Part shown: piece by piece, positions 48,456-58,737 of the stretch
Layout: each line of letters opens with the position of its first letter
How positions within the stretch are numbered: the stretch's first letter is position 1
Assembly (NCBI GenBank): GCA_963775425.1
Contig: CAVZJB010000005.1
Location: 224,001 to 288,000 of the forward strand
Direction of reading: 5' to 3'
Origin: an uncultured delta proteobacterium
GTDB lineage: Bacteria > Myxococcota > UBA727 > VGSZ01
Length of the DNA: 64,000 bases
The notes under the pieces: model-generated
Databases searched by the model: none
Told to the model about the DNA's origin: nothing
Seen by the model: the letters and a program-made list of their open reading frames with translations, nothing else
Program-made: the position numbers and the translations under genes

Positions 48456-49598
48456 TCAGGGGGCGGCGACGGTTCCGGCGCGGATCGGGACGACGACGCC
48501 GTCCCCGAACGAGGGGAGGGCGCCCTCGTGGGTGGTGGTGACGAACACCTGGGCGCCGGTGTCGTCGACGGCGCGCAGCAAGCGCGCGGCCTTCTCGGGG
48601 TCGAGCTCGCCGGCGACGTCGTCGAGCAGCAGCAGCGGGCCGGTGCCGCGCGCTTCGGTGACCAGGCGCACGGCCGCGAGCTTCATCGCGAGCACCAGCG
48701 CGCGCGCCTCGCCCTGGGACGCGAGGAAACGCGCCTTGCGGTCCGCCTTGAGGAGCACGACGTCGTCGTGGTGCGGCCCCATCGCCGTCGAGCGCCGCTT
48801 GAGCTCCTGCGCGCGCGCGGCGCCGAGGGCCTCGGAGAGCGACGAAGCGAGCGCCGCTTCGTCGAGCGCGCGGGCGGCGGCGAGGGCGTCCCCGTCCGCG
48901 CGCGCCACGGCGGCGGCGCCGGAGACGGCGGGGGCGTAGGCCATGTGGGCCAGGAGCGCGTCGCCGCCGACGGCGCGGGCCTCGGCGCGGAACGCAGGCG
49001 CCCAGCGGGCGACGGCGACGGCGCGGGCCCTGGTCAAAGCGGCGGCGGCGGCGCAGAAGGGAGCGTCGTAGCTCTCGAGCAATTCCTCGTCGACGACGGG
49101 CGCCTTGAGCACGCGGTTTCGCCGCTCGAGCGCCTCCTCGAAGCGGCGGGCGACGACGGCGAACGCCGGGTCCAGCGAGTACGCGAAGCGGTCGAGGCCG
49201 CGCCGGCGCAGCTCGGGACCTCCGCGGATCATGGCGGCGTCGTCGGGCAGGAAGCTCACCACGCCGATGCGCGCCGCGACCTCGCCGACGTCGCGCACGC
49301 TCTTGCCGGCGACGCTCGCCCTGCGCCCCTTGGGCTCGACGAGGACCTCGATGGGCAGCGGGCCGTCCAGCTCGAAGCGCCCCCGCGCCACGCCGCGCTC
49401 GCGTCCGAAGCCGACGAGGTCGGCGGCGCGCTCGAGCGGCCGCAGCGGGCGCAGCGCGGCGAGCAGGTGGATGGCTTCGAGCAGGTTGGTCTTCCCCTGG
49501 CCGTTTGCGCCCACGAAGACGTTCAAGCGCCGGTGGGGCCGAAGGTCGATCTCCGCGAGGTTGCGCACGCCGTCGACGAAGAGGTGCTCGAGGTGCAT
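48456..49598 (-). CDS. recF: DNA replication and repair protein RecF
   Basis: GANGQGKTNLLEAI, GGPELRRRGLD, GPHHDD, ASQGEAR, LLLLDDVAGELD. Confidence 0.93.
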   Translation of the reverse strand: MHLEHLFVDGVRNLAEIDLRPHRRLNVFVGANGQGKTNLLEAIHLLAALRPLRPLERAADLVGFGRERGVARGRFELDGPLPIEVLVEPKGRRASVAGKSVRDVGEVAARIGVVSFLPDDAAMIRGGPELRRRGLDRFAYSLDPAFAVVARRFEEALERRNRVLKAPVVDEELLESYDAPFCAAAAALTRARAVAVARWAPAFRAEARAVGGDALLAHMAYAPAVSGAAAVARADGDALAAARALDEAALASSLSEALGAARAQELKRRSTAMGPHHDDVVLLKADRKARFLASQGEARALVLAMKLAAVRLVTEARGTGPLLLLDDVAGELDPEKAARLLRAVDDTGAQVFVTTTHEGALPSFGDGVVVPIRAGTVAAP

Positions 49599-50245
49599 CA
49601 GCGCGGCAGGGTCTTGAGCGCCGCGCGCGCCGCCTGGATGGCGCTCTCGCCCGCCCGAGCGCCGAGCTTCACGACCTCGTCGTACTTCTTGCGCGCCAGC
49701 GCGAAGTCCTGGCCGGTGCCGCCGTCGGCGTAGGCGGCGGCGACGCGCAGGATGTAGTGCGCCTTCTCGACGGGCTCCTGCACCTGCGCCGCCAGCGCGA
49801 GCAGGTGCTCGATGCGGTCCTTGTCGCACGCCATGACCTCGGCCTGCGGCGCGCCGCTCTCGCGCAGCAGGAGCGAGAGGAAGTCGAGCGCCTGCGCCGT
49901 GTGGATCGACGGTCGTACGCCGAGGGGCAGGAGCTTCTTCAATTCGAAGATCGCCTGCTTGGTCTTTTTCTGTCCGTGCAGGCACAAGGCCAGGCTCACC
50001 CGCGCCTCCGCCGACACCGCCGCCCCCCGCTCATTCGCTGCCAGCTTGAACAGCTCGATGGCGCCCACGTTGTCCTGGTGGCGGAACAGGCGGCCGAGGC
50101 CCAGGCGGTAGCGCATCTCCGCGGCGGTGGGGCCGGTGTCGTCCACCTCGAGGTACGCGAGGCGCGCCTCGTCGAGACGGTCGGGATCCCCCGCGTCTTC
50201 GGCGGCACGCACGGCACGCAGGCGGTCTTCGATGGAGTCGCTCAT
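49598..50245 (-). CDS. TPR-like all-helical hypothetical protein
   Basis: AAEMRYRLGL, AEARVSLAL helical repeats; stop overlaps the recF start. Confidence 0.65.
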   Translation of the reverse strand: MSDSIEDRLRAVRAAEDAGDPDRLDEARLAYLEVDDTGPTAAEMRYRLGLGRLFRHQDNVGAIELFKLAANERGAAVSAEARVSLALCLHGQKKTKQAIFELKKLLPLGVRPSIHTAQALDFLSLLLRESGAPQAEVMACDKDRIEHLLALAAQVQEPVEKAHYILRVAAAYADGGTGQDFALARKKYDEVVKLGARAGESAIQAARAALKTLPR

Positions 50246-50296
50246 GGTCCCAAGGCCTCTCTAGCGTATCTCGGAGTCGCAAGGTAGCTCGGGCCG

Positions 50297-53200
50297 ATGA
50301 GTCGCGTGCCCCTCGTCGTCCTCCCTCGGGAGCTCGGGCAGGTGCCGCCGCCGGAGAAGCTCATCGGGCACAAGGCGCGCGGCCTCGCCCAATTGCTCGC
50401 GCTCAAGGCGCGGGTGCCGCGCTTCGGCATCTTGACGGCCGAGGCGTTCGACGCCCACGTCGCCCAGGACGACGTCCGAAACACCATGGCGGTGGCGCAC
50501 CAAAGCGGCTTCCCCGACGAGGCCTCGCGGCTCGCCCACGGCGAAGCGATGGTGCGCGCCGTCCTGCGAAACCCGCTGCCCGTGACCGTGCGCATCGGGC
50601 TGCACGAGATCCTGGGCGCGTTCGCCGAGGAGGACCTGCTGGCCGTGCGCGCCAGCGTCGTCGGCGAGCCCCTCGAGGCGGCCGTCGTCACCGGCGCCCT
50701 CGACAGCGCGCTCGGCGTCAAGGGCAAGGAGGCCCTCGAGGACGCGGTGCTCCGCATCATCGCCCTGGCGTTCCACCCGCGCACGCTCGGGCTGCGCGAG
50801 GCCGCCGGGCTGCCCGCCGTCGGCTGCCGCATGGCCGTCGTCGTGCAGCGGATGGTGCTGTCGGAGTCGAGCGGCGTGTGCGTCTCCCTCGAGACGGGCG
50901 GGCGGGCGGCGGCCCGGCGGCCGTCGGCGCTGGTGCGCGGGTGCTGGGGCCTGGGCGGCGGCATCGGCGGCAAACATGGCAGCCCGCGCATCCCGTCGGA
51001 TCTGGTGCGGGTGGAGCGCCCCACCCTGGCCGCGGACGGGCTCGACGACGACGCCCGCGTCGAGACCGAGATCGCGCAGAAGAACGAGCAGCTCAAGCTC
51101 GACCCCGCCGGCAAGGGCGCGCGCATGCAGCCCGTGCTCGAGCACCTGAAGAAGGAGGCGTGCGTGTCGCCGGTGCAGGCGCGCATGGTCGCCCGCGAGG
51201 CGCTGAGGCTGGAGGCGGCGTTCGGCAAGCCGCAGGTGATGTCGTGGGCGTTCGCGGGGCGCCTGTTGCACGTCCTCGATGTCGAGCCGCTCCTCGTCCC
51301 GGTCGCGCGCGTCGAGTCCGATCGCCAGCGCACCTGGGACGATCGCCTGCTGCCCACCGGGCTCCTCGCGGCGGCCACGCCGCTGACCTTCTCGGTCTGG
51401 CAGCGCGCGGCCGCCCGCGGCGTCGAGCGCGCCGGCCGCATCCTCGGCGTGAAGGGCGTCATCCTCGAGGACACGCGTCCGCAGATGCCGCGCCTCGTGG
51501 GGCAGGTGAGCGGGCGCGTCTACGCCAACCTCGAGGTGCTGAGCGCGCTGCTGGACCTGCTGCCCTTCGCCGACAAGGCGCGCGCGGCGTTGGCGGCGGC
51601 GACGGGGCAGGCGGAGCTCGTGCCGCGCAAGGCGCCGCCGCCGGGGTTCTGGCAGCGGCAACGGCAGAAGCTCGACGAGGGGCGCTGGCCCGGGCAGCTC
51701 GAGAAGATCTCGGCGTCGGCCTTCGCCGACAGCGAGCGCTTCCGCGGCGAGGTGGAGGCCGTCCTCGACAAGGTGCGCGGCCTGCGCGTCGCCGCCCTCG
51801 ACCCCGACAGCCTCATCGATCTGTTCGACGAGCTCGAGGACGCGCTCAGCAAGGCGGTCGCCGCCCTGGTGCTCTCGGGCCTCGCCGCGCTGCTGTACAT
51901 GCGGGAGCTCGACGCCGCCGCCGCGGAGAGCGGGCTCAGCGAGCACGCGGGCCTCCTGAGCGACCTGCTCGGCGGCGAGGTCCCCGGCGACCTCGTCGAG
52001 CTGTCGCGCCGGGCCTACGCCATCACGGAGCTCGTGCGCCGGCGCCCGCCGCTCGAGGAGATGTTGCGCGACAACCGAGAGCACCTCGACAGCGTCGCCG
52101 TCCACCTGCTCGGGGAGCCCGACGGCCTCGACGACGACGAGCGCCGCCTCGGTGAGGAGCTGCGCGCGGTGACCACGAGCGCCGCCGCCACCTGCACCGG
52201 CGAGCTCACGCTCGAGGGGCCGCGGCTGTGGGAGCGGCCCGACGCCGTGCTCGAGATGGTGCTGCGCCTGCTGCCCGCGGGCGCGGGGCCGGACACCCTC
52301 GACGCGCTCGCGCGCAAGTCGTCGGGCGCGCGCAAGAAGGCCGAGTACGCCGTGGAGGTCGCCGGGCCGCGCATGAAGAGCGCCGTGCGCAAGCGGCTGC
52401 TGGCGTCGCTCGAGGGGGTGCGCAAGCACGGCCGCGACGCGGCGCTGTTGTGGATCCCCGCCGAGCGCGTCGTCGATCGCCTGCGCATCGTGGGCATGGC
52501 GCTCGGCGAGCGGCTCTTCGAGCACGGGCTCCTCGATCAGCCCCGCGACTTCCTCTACCTCACCACGCCGGAGCTCTCGGGCCTCGTACGCGGCACCGGC
52601 GTCGACCAGGACGGCAAGTCCATGGTGGCGGCGCGCAAGCGACAGGCGACCGTACGACCGATGGGTCTGCCCAAGCGCCTGGAGACGAGGGGCGTCGTGG
52701 CCACGTCCTTGTGGAACGACGACGAGGAGGACGAGGCGGTGGTCACCTCGCCCGGCGAGCAGAAGGAGCTGTCCGGGCGCTCCGTCGCCGCCGGCGTCGT
52801 CAACGAGCCGTCCGTGATCCTCGACATGCCGCTCGGCGCGTCCGCCCCGCCGGCGCCGCTGCCGGCTCGCGCGCCGAACGCGGCCCAGCCGCCGGCGACG
52901 CAGGCGGTGCCCGGCGGCGTCGTCGTCGTGAGCGCGCCGACGCTCGCCACCCTGCCGCTGTTGCTGGTCGCGCGCGCGGTCGTGGCCGAGCGCGGCAACA
53001 TCTGGGGCCCGGCGTCCTACGCGCTGCGCGCCTGCGGGGTCCCCACCGTCGTCGACGCGCCGCAGGCCACGGCGTTCAGCCCGGGGGAGCCGCTGCACGT
53101 CGACGGCGCCCGGGGCACGGTGAAGCGCGTGGTGAGGCTCGCCCCGGAGACCCGCCCGTCACCCCCGGCGGCCGGCGTCGACCCGGCGATCTTCGCGCGC

Positions 53201-53506
53201 GAGGCGGTGCTCTCGAACCCGCGCCTGCGCGCGCCCGCGCACCGTCCGGCGCAGCCGCTCCCCGACCTGCAGCCGCCGCCCATCGTGCGGCCCGCGCCCA
53301 CAGGCCGCATCGGTCCGTCGCCGTCGCCGCCGCCGCCGCGCGCCGTGGCCGCGCCGCCGCCCGCGCTGCCCGTCGACGACGAGAGCGGCGACTTCGTGGC
53401 GCTCACCACCGAGTTCACCGCGCCCGAGAAGCGGCTCGAAGAGATCGAGACCGAAGACGACGACGTCATCGAGTCCATCGACAGCACCGACTCCGAGCAC
53501 AAATGA
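50297..53506 (+). CDS. PEP-synthase/rifampin-phosphotransferase-like protein, catalytically degenerate
   Basis: IGHKARGL, VPRFGILT, LAVRAS, MAVVVQRMV...SGV, GLGG (ATP-grasp-like); swivel domain AVVAERGNIWGPASYALRACGVPTVV lacks the phospho-His. Confidence 0.8.
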   Translation: MSRVPLVVLPRELGQVPPPEKLIGHKARGLAQLLALKARVPRFGILTAEAFDAHVAQDDVRNTMAVAHQSGFPDEASRLAHGEAMVRAVLRNPLPVTVRIGLHEILGAFAEEDLLAVRASVVGEPLEAAVVTGALDSALGVKGKEALEDAVLRIIALAFHPRTLGLREAAGLPAVGCRMAVVVQRMVLSESSGVCVSLETGGRAAARRPSALVRGCWGLGGGIGGKHGSPRIPSDLVRVERPTLAADGLDDDARVETEIAQKNEQLKLDPAGKGARMQPVLEHLKKEACVSPVQARMVAREALRLEAAFGKPQVMSWAFAGRLLHVLDVEPLLVPVARVESDRQRTWDDRLLPTGLLAAATPLTFSVWQRAAARGVERAGRILGVKGVILEDTRPQMPRLVGQVSGRVYANLEVLSALLDLLPFADKARAALAAATGQAELVPRKAPPPGFWQRQRQKLDEGRWPGQLEKISASAFADSERFRGEVEAVLDKVRGLRVAALDPDSLIDLFDELEDALSKAVAALVLSGLAALLYMRELDAAAAESGLSEHAGLLSDLLGGEVPGDLVELSRRAYAITELVRRRPPLEEMLRDNREHLDSVAVHLLGEPDGLDDDERRLGEELRAVTTSAAATCTGELTLEGPRLWERPDAVLEMVLRLLPAGAGPDTLDALARKSSGARKKAEYAVEVAGPRMKSAVRKRLLASLEGVRKHGRDAALLWIPAERVVDRLRIVGMALGERLFEHGLLDQPRDFLYLTTPELSGLVRGTGVDQDGKSMVAARKRQATVRPMGLPKRLETRGVVATSLWNDDEEDEAVVTSPGEQKELSGRSVAAGVVNEPSVILDMPLGASAPPAPLPARAPNAAQPPATQAVPGGVVVVSAPTLATLPLLLVARAVVAERGNIWGPASYALRACGVPTVVDAPQATAFSPGEPLHVDGARGTVKRVVRLAPETRPSPPAAGVDPAIFAREAVLSNPRLRAPAHRPAQPLPDLQPPPIVRPAPTGRIGPSPSPPPPRAVAAPPPALPVDDESGDFVALTTEFTAPEKRLEEIETEDDDVIESIDSTDSEHK

Positions 53507-53522
53507 CGCGCCGCGCGCTACG

Positions 53523-56072
53523 TCACTGCGGGAAGCACGTGTTGTCGGTGGGATCGCAGAAGTAGCTCTCGGCGGTGCGGCAGTCGGCGTCGGTGTCGCA
53601 GCTCTTGAGGCACACCTGGATCTCGCCGCTCACCACCTGCAGCGCGGCGCAGATGCCGTTCGACCCGCAGTCGGTGTCGTTCTGGCAGTCCTCGGTGCAG
53701 TAGCCGCCGGTGAAACCGTCGTCGGCGGGCTCGCAGTACAGGCCGCCGCCGCACTCGTCGCTTGCGGTGCACGCGTCGCCGAGGACGCCGTCGCCGGTGC
53801 CGCCGGTCCCGTCGCCGGGGGTGAAGCCCGGGGCGACGACGAAGTCCGCGCCGGTCAGGTGATCGTCGGCCGCGACCGTGACGCGGCCGCAGTCGGCGGT
53901 GGTGCACGCGGTGTCGCCGCTCTGCTTGGGCGTGTAGATGCCGACCGCGTCGACGTCGTCGTCGTAGCTGCCGTTGTTGTTGGTGTCGACGAGGCCGACG
54001 ACGATGTACGTGCCGGGGTCGAGGTTGAAGAGCTTGTACTCGAAGCTCTGCAGCTCCGTGGTGGTGACGATGCGCGCGACCTTGAGCCCGCCGTCGCCGG
54101 CTACCTTCACGGCGCCCACGTCGACGCTGGTGAGCGCCTGGATGACGTCGCTGGTCCACACCACGCGCGCCTCCGAAGAGCCGCCGTCGAACGACGCCGT
54201 CACCGTGCACTCGCCGTTGTCGTCGGCGTCGGCGTTTCGCTCGATGCTCACGGTCGCGACGATCTGACCGTTGGCGCCGACGTTGCCGGCCCCGGAGTCG
54301 AGCGTGCAGCTGGCGCGGTCCTGGCCGCCTACGGTGAGCGTCACCGAGGTCCCCGCGTTGCCGATGTTCTTGAACACCACCGGCGACTCCGTCTGCCCCT
54401 TGCCCACGCGCACGAACGACGGGCTCGCGATGACGTGCGGCCCGTCGAGCCCGCCCTGCAGATCGAGGAGCGCCGCCGCCGCGCTCATGCGCCCGGCGCC
54501 GCAGCCGTCGGGGCAGTCGAGGTCGGGGCTGGCGGAGTCCGTCAGGATCTGCCGCACGTCTTCCTGGGTGAGCGTGGGGTCGAGGCTCTTCAGGAGCATG
54601 GCCACGCCCGCTACGTGCGGCGTGGCCATGGAGGTGCCCTGATAGAAGGTGACGAAGTCGTCGACGGTCGACAGCACGCCGTCGCCCTGGCCGTCGCCGT
54701 CGACGTCCTCGGCCTGCTCTCCGCCGGGCGCGGCGATGTCGACCTTGTTGCCGAAGTTGGAGTAGCTGGCCTTCCTCGGCGTCGGGCGGCCCGGCCCGGT
54801 GTTTCCGTGCGCGGCGACGACGATGGCGTCGGGGGCGTTGGCGGGCGTGGAGCTCGAGGCGTCCTCGTCGCTGTTGCCGGCGGCCACGACGACGATGCAG
54901 CCCGTGGCGACGGCGTCGGCCACGGCCTCGTTCATCGCCTGGCTGGTGCCTTCACCGCCGAGGGACATGTTCAGCACGTCCGCGGGCGTGGGGTTGTCGT
55001 TCACGCCGTCGACGGAGTTGCCCACGGCCCACTCGATGCCGTCGGCGATGTCGGCGAGGGAGCCGCCGCCGTCGCCGAGGACGCGCACGGGCAGAAGGCC
55101 GCCCGCCCAGGTGACGCCCGCGACCATCTGTCCGTTGTCCGTGTCGGCGCCGATGGTCCCGGCGACGTGGCTGCCGTGGAAGCTGTTGCACCCGGCACCG
55201 CACTCGTTGTCGCCGGGGTCGAAGCCGTCGTTGTCGCGGCCGTCGCCGTCGTTGGCGACGCCGGGGTCGTCGATGAGGTCGGCGCCGTGGGAGATGACGC
55301 GCGCTTGCAGGTCGGGGTGGTTGTAGAGGATGCCGGTGTCGACGACGGCGGCGACGAGGCTCGGATCGCCGACGGTGATGTCCCACGCGGCGGGCAGATC
55401 GATGGCCGCGTAGTGCCACTGCAGGGTGAAGAACTCGTCGTTGGGCTGCGCCTCGATCTGCAGGATGAGGTTCTTCTCGGCGTAGGCGAGGAACGGCGCG
55501 TCTTGCAGCGCGAGCACGGCCTCGATCGTGGCTTCGGCGTCGAGCTTCTTGCCGTAGACGTCGGTGACCTCGGCCAGGCAGCGATAGGGCGTGCCGCACA
55601 AGCGCACGTCGACGCCGAGCTGGTGTCCGAACGCGTCTTCGAGGACGCCGCGCACCGCCGCCGCCAGCTCCGCCTTGCGCGCGCGCATCGGCTCGACGGC
55701 CCGGACGATGATCTCGCCCGGGCGGAAGCGCTCGGTGGCGGTCTTCGCGCGTGCGACGCGGTTGTGATCGCTCGTGTGCGGCAGCCGCGGTCCCGCCTTG
55801 TGCACGGGGCCGTCGGGCGGCTGAACGCTCGACGTCCTCACGGCGTCGCGCATGACGTCCTTGAGCTGCGCGGCGAACGCCGGATCCAGGCGGTGCAGGC
55901 CGAACCCGGCGCCGCCGGCCTCGGGCACGGTGACGGTGCCGGTGACCTGCGCCCGGGTGGGGTCCTCGCAGTTGGGGTCGGTCTCGTAGTCGCACAGCCC
56001 GAGGCAGTCGGCGCCGGCGACGAACGGGAAGGCACACGCGACGAGAGCGAGAGGGGTGAGCGTGCGAAGCAT
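53523..56072 (-). CDS. Secreted S8 subtilisin-like protease with Cys-rich C-terminus
   Basis: VVDTG, HGSHVAG, AAGN, GTSMATPHVAG; CxxxxEC and CxxDxDC tail. Confidence 0.95.
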   Translation of the reverse strand: MLRTLTPLALVACAFPFVAGADCLGLCDYETDPNCEDPTRAQVTGTVTVPEAGGAGFGLHRLDPAFAAQLKDVMRDAVRTSSVQPPDGPVHKAGPRLPHTSDHNRVARAKTATERFRPGEIIVRAVEPMRARKAELAAAVRGVLEDAFGHQLGVDVRLCGTPYRCLAEVTDVYGKKLDAEATIEAVLALQDAPFLAYAEKNLILQIEAQPNDEFFTLQWHYAAIDLPAAWDITVGDPSLVAAVVDTGILYNHPDLQARVISHGADLIDDPGVANDGDGRDNDGFDPGDNECGAGCNSFHGSHVAGTIGADTDNGQMVAGVTWAGGLLPVRVLGDGGGSLADIADGIEWAVGNSVDGVNDNPTPADVLNMSLGGEGTSQAMNEAVADAVATGCIVVVAAGNSDEDASSSTPANAPDAIVVAAHGNTGPGRPTPRKASYSNFGNKVDIAAPGGEQAEDVDGDGQGDGVLSTVDDFVTFYQGTSMATPHVAGVAMLLKSLDPTLTQEDVRQILTDSASPDLDCPDGCGAGRMSAAAALLDLQGGLDGPHVIASPSFVRVGKGQTESPVVFKNIGNAGTSVTLTVGGQDRASCTLDSGAGNVGANGQIVATVSIERNADADDNGECTVTASFDGGSSEARVVWTSDVIQALTSVDVGAVKVAGDGGLKVARIVTTTELQSFEYKLFNLDPGTYIVVGLVDTNNNGSYDDDVDAVGIYTPKQSGDTACTTADCGRVTVAADDHLTGADFVVAPGFTPGDGTGGTGDGVLGDACTASDECGGGLYCEPADDGFTGGYCTEDCQNDTDCGSNGICAALQVVSGEIQVCLKSCDTDADCRTAESYFCDPTDNTCFPQ

Positions 56073-56162
56073 GCAGCCAATGTAGCGCACGGGTCCGGGC
56101 GGGGCCCACGTCGTCGTCGCCGGCGGCGCTCCCGTACGTGCGCGCCGTGCAACCGTACGGAG

Positions 56163-57191
56163 CTACTTTCGCTCGCGGGTGGTGCGGTCGCTGTCGATGC
56201 TGTCGACGTCGTCGAGCTCGGCGATCTCCGCGATCTCGGCGAGCGCCAGCGAGGTGAAGCGCCGGGTCTCCGGCAGCGGCGGCGGCGTGCGCACGCCCGC
56301 CTCGTCGAAGAAGCCCGAGAACAGCGGGCGGCCCTCGAACGGATCGAGCTGCGCAGGCGCGGGCGCGAAGCCCGGGGGATCGATGAGCGTGACCCCGGCC
56401 TCGTCGGCCTCGAGCACCGGAGGCAGCGCCGCCGGCGTCCCCGTGGGCGGCGTGAGCTGGGCGTTCTCGCTCTCGTCGAGGATCCGCGCGCCCTCGAGGA
56501 GCAGGAACGTGGTGTCCCGCGCGATGTTGCGCTCGTCGACGTGGCGGCCGTAGCGGATGCGGAACGCGCCGCGGCGCGCGGAGAACAGCTCGAAGAACGC
56601 GGGCTCACCGGTGTGGGCGTCCGTCCTGGCGTAGACGACGTGGCCCCGCTCCATGCCGATGGTGCCGCCGGGCGAGCCCTTGGGCCGCACCTCGACGATG
56701 GCGTCCTTGGCGCCCTGCGCCAGCGCCTGCACGATCTCGTAGACCGGCATCTCCTTGAGGGTGCCGACCACGCCGGTAGGCTCGTCGTCCTCGACCGGCG
56801 TGTCCTCGATGCACATGGGCGGCGGCACCGGCGCGAGGTCCATGGGCACCCGTTCGACGGGCGCCCGATCCATGGCTGACCCGGGCACGAGGTCGAACGC
56901 CTCGATCCCGGAGATGTCGGCCGGCAGGGCCTTCAGGACCTCGAGCTGGATGCGGGAGCCCGGGGTGACGACGACGGCGTCGTCGAGGACGCGGCAAACG
57001 GCCTCGAAGCGGTCTCCGCCCACCTGCAGGGCGATCGCGAGCTGCGCCCCTTCGACGAAGAGCTGGGGGATGTCCTTGAGGGTCCCCGCCACCCGGTGCC
57101 CCCCGGTGGTGACGGCCAGACCGCCGCGTGCATCAAGCACCTCAGCGTCGATGCGACGATCGATGGCGAGCAATCCCACAGCTCGAGTCAT
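56163..57191 (-). CDS. DUF4388 (PatA-N-like) domain protein
   Basis: GTLKEMPVYEIVQAL...GHVVYA...GEPAFFEL...GAF...LLLEGARILDE. Confidence 0.75.
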   Translation of the reverse strand: MTRAVGLLAIDRRIDAEVLDARGGLAVTTGGHRVAGTLKDIPQLFVEGAQLAIALQVGGDRFEAVCRVLDDAVVVTPGSRIQLEVLKALPADISGIEAFDLVPGSAMDRAPVERVPMDLAPVPPPMCIEDTPVEDDEPTGVVGTLKEMPVYEIVQALAQGAKDAIVEVRPKGSPGGTIGMERGHVVYARTDAHTGEPAFFELFSARRGAFRIRYGRHVDERNIARDTTFLLLEGARILDESENAQLTPPTGTPAALPPVLEADEAGVTLIDPPGFAPAPAQLDPFEGRPLFSGFFDEAGVRTPPPLPETRRFTSLALAEIAEIAELDDVDSIDSDRTTRERK

Positions 57192-57346
57192 TACCCCGTG
57201 CACACCCTCTGTCTACGCCCTTCGACCGACGTCACGATGCAGCGTCCCTCGGTCGGATGACCGACGTCACTGTTTCCTGGTGTCGGGCCCCGCGCGCGGT
57301 CGATTCGGGCCCTTGCGGCGGCCGCCCGGAGAGCTATCCGAAGCGC

Positions 57347-58678
57347 ATGAACGCCGGCGACATCGTCAACAACTGCAAGCGCTTCACGATGTACTCCTGG
57401 TCCGCGGGCGACGCCGTCGACCCCATCCCCTTCGTGCGCGGCGAGCGGGTGTGGCTCTACGACGCGGACGGCAAGCGCTACCTCGACTGGAACAGCCAGG
57501 CCATGAGCGTGCACATCGGCCACGGCAACAAGAAGGTCATCGACGCCATCGCCCGCCAGGCCCGGGAGTTGGCGTACGTCTACGCCGGCGCCGCCACCGA
57601 GGTGCGCGCGCGCCTGGGCGAGAAGCTCGCGAGCGTGATGCCGGGTGATTTGAACACCACCTTCTTCACGCTCGGCGGCGGCGAGGCCAACGAGAACGCG
57701 GTGCGGGCGGCGCGGGCGGTGACCGGGCGCAGCAAGGTGCTCGCCCGCTACCGCAGCTACCACGGCGCCGGCGCGCTCTCGATCACGCTCACCGGCGACA
57801 GCCGCCGCTGGCACAACGAGCCGGGCCCGCCCGGGATCGTGCACGTGCTCGACCCCGTGCCCTACAACTTCTCGTTCGGGGGCACCCCCGAGGAGCGCGG
57901 CGCCCACAACCTCGCGTACCTCGAGGAGGTCATCGCGATGGAGGGCGGCCACACCATCGCGGCCATGATCATCGAGACGGTGACGGGCACAAACGGCGTG
58001 CTCCCGCCGCCGGACGGCTTCTTGAGGGGGCTGCGGGCGCTTTTGCACAAGCACGGCATCCTGCTCATCTGCGACGAGGTCATGGCGGGCTTCGGGCGCA
58101 CCGGCGAGATGTTCGCGTTCCAGCACGGCCTCGGCGACGACGAGGCGCCGGACATCATCACCATGGCGAAGGGCCTGACGTCGTCGTACCTGCCGCTCGG
58201 CGGCGTCGGCCTCGGCGAGCGCGTCGCGGCCTACTTCAAAAAGAACGTCTACTGGGGCGGCCACACGTACAACGCGCACCCGATGTGCCTGGCGGCCGCG
58301 CTCGCGAACATCGAGGTCATCGAGGAGGAGGGCCTCGTCGACAACGCGAGGAAGCTCGAGCCCGTCATGCGCGCGGAGATGGCGCGGCTGAACAAGAAGC
58401 ACCCCTGCATGAAGGAGGGGCGCGCCCTCGGCCTCTTCGGGATGATCGACCTGCAAAAGAACGCGGCGGGAGAGCCCATCGCGCCGTACGGCTCGTCGTC
58501 ACCGGTGATGGCCAAGCTCTCGCGCTTCTTCCGCGACAACGGCCTGTTCACCTTCGTGAAGCACACGAACTTCACGTGCATCCCGCCGCTTTGCATCACA
58601 GAGGCCGAGCTGCACGAGGGCTTCGCCATCGTGGACCGCGGCCTCGACCTCGTCGACGCCGAGCTCGGTCTGCGGTGA
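57347..58678 (+). CDS. Class III PLP-dependent aminotransferase (omega-amino acid/taurine type)
   Basis: GKRYLD, GGEANENA, SYHG, LICDEVMAGFGRTG, DIITMAKGL, GHTY. Confidence 0.95.
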   Translation: MNAGDIVNNCKRFTMYSWSAGDAVDPIPFVRGERVWLYDADGKRYLDWNSQAMSVHIGHGNKKVIDAIARQARELAYVYAGAATEVRARLGEKLASVMPGDLNTTFFTLGGGEANENAVRAARAVTGRSKVLARYRSYHGAGALSITLTGDSRRWHNEPGPPGIVHVLDPVPYNFSFGGTPEERGAHNLAYLEEVIAMEGGHTIAAMIIETVTGTNGVLPPPDGFLRGLRALLHKHGILLICDEVMAGFGRTGEMFAFQHGLGDDEAPDIITMAKGLTSSYLPLGGVGLGERVAAYFKKNVYWGGHTYNAHPMCLAAALANIEVIEEEGLVDNARKLEPVMRAEMARLNKKHPCMKEGRALGLFGMIDLQKNAAGEPIAPYGSSSPVMAKLSRFFRDNGLFTFVKHTNFTCIPPLCITEAELHEGFAIVDRGLDLVDAELGLR

Positions 58679-58737
58679 GCGGGCCCGCGAGGGGCGAGGC
58701 TGTTGACGGCGCGGCCGGCTGCTGAGACGGTCCCGCC

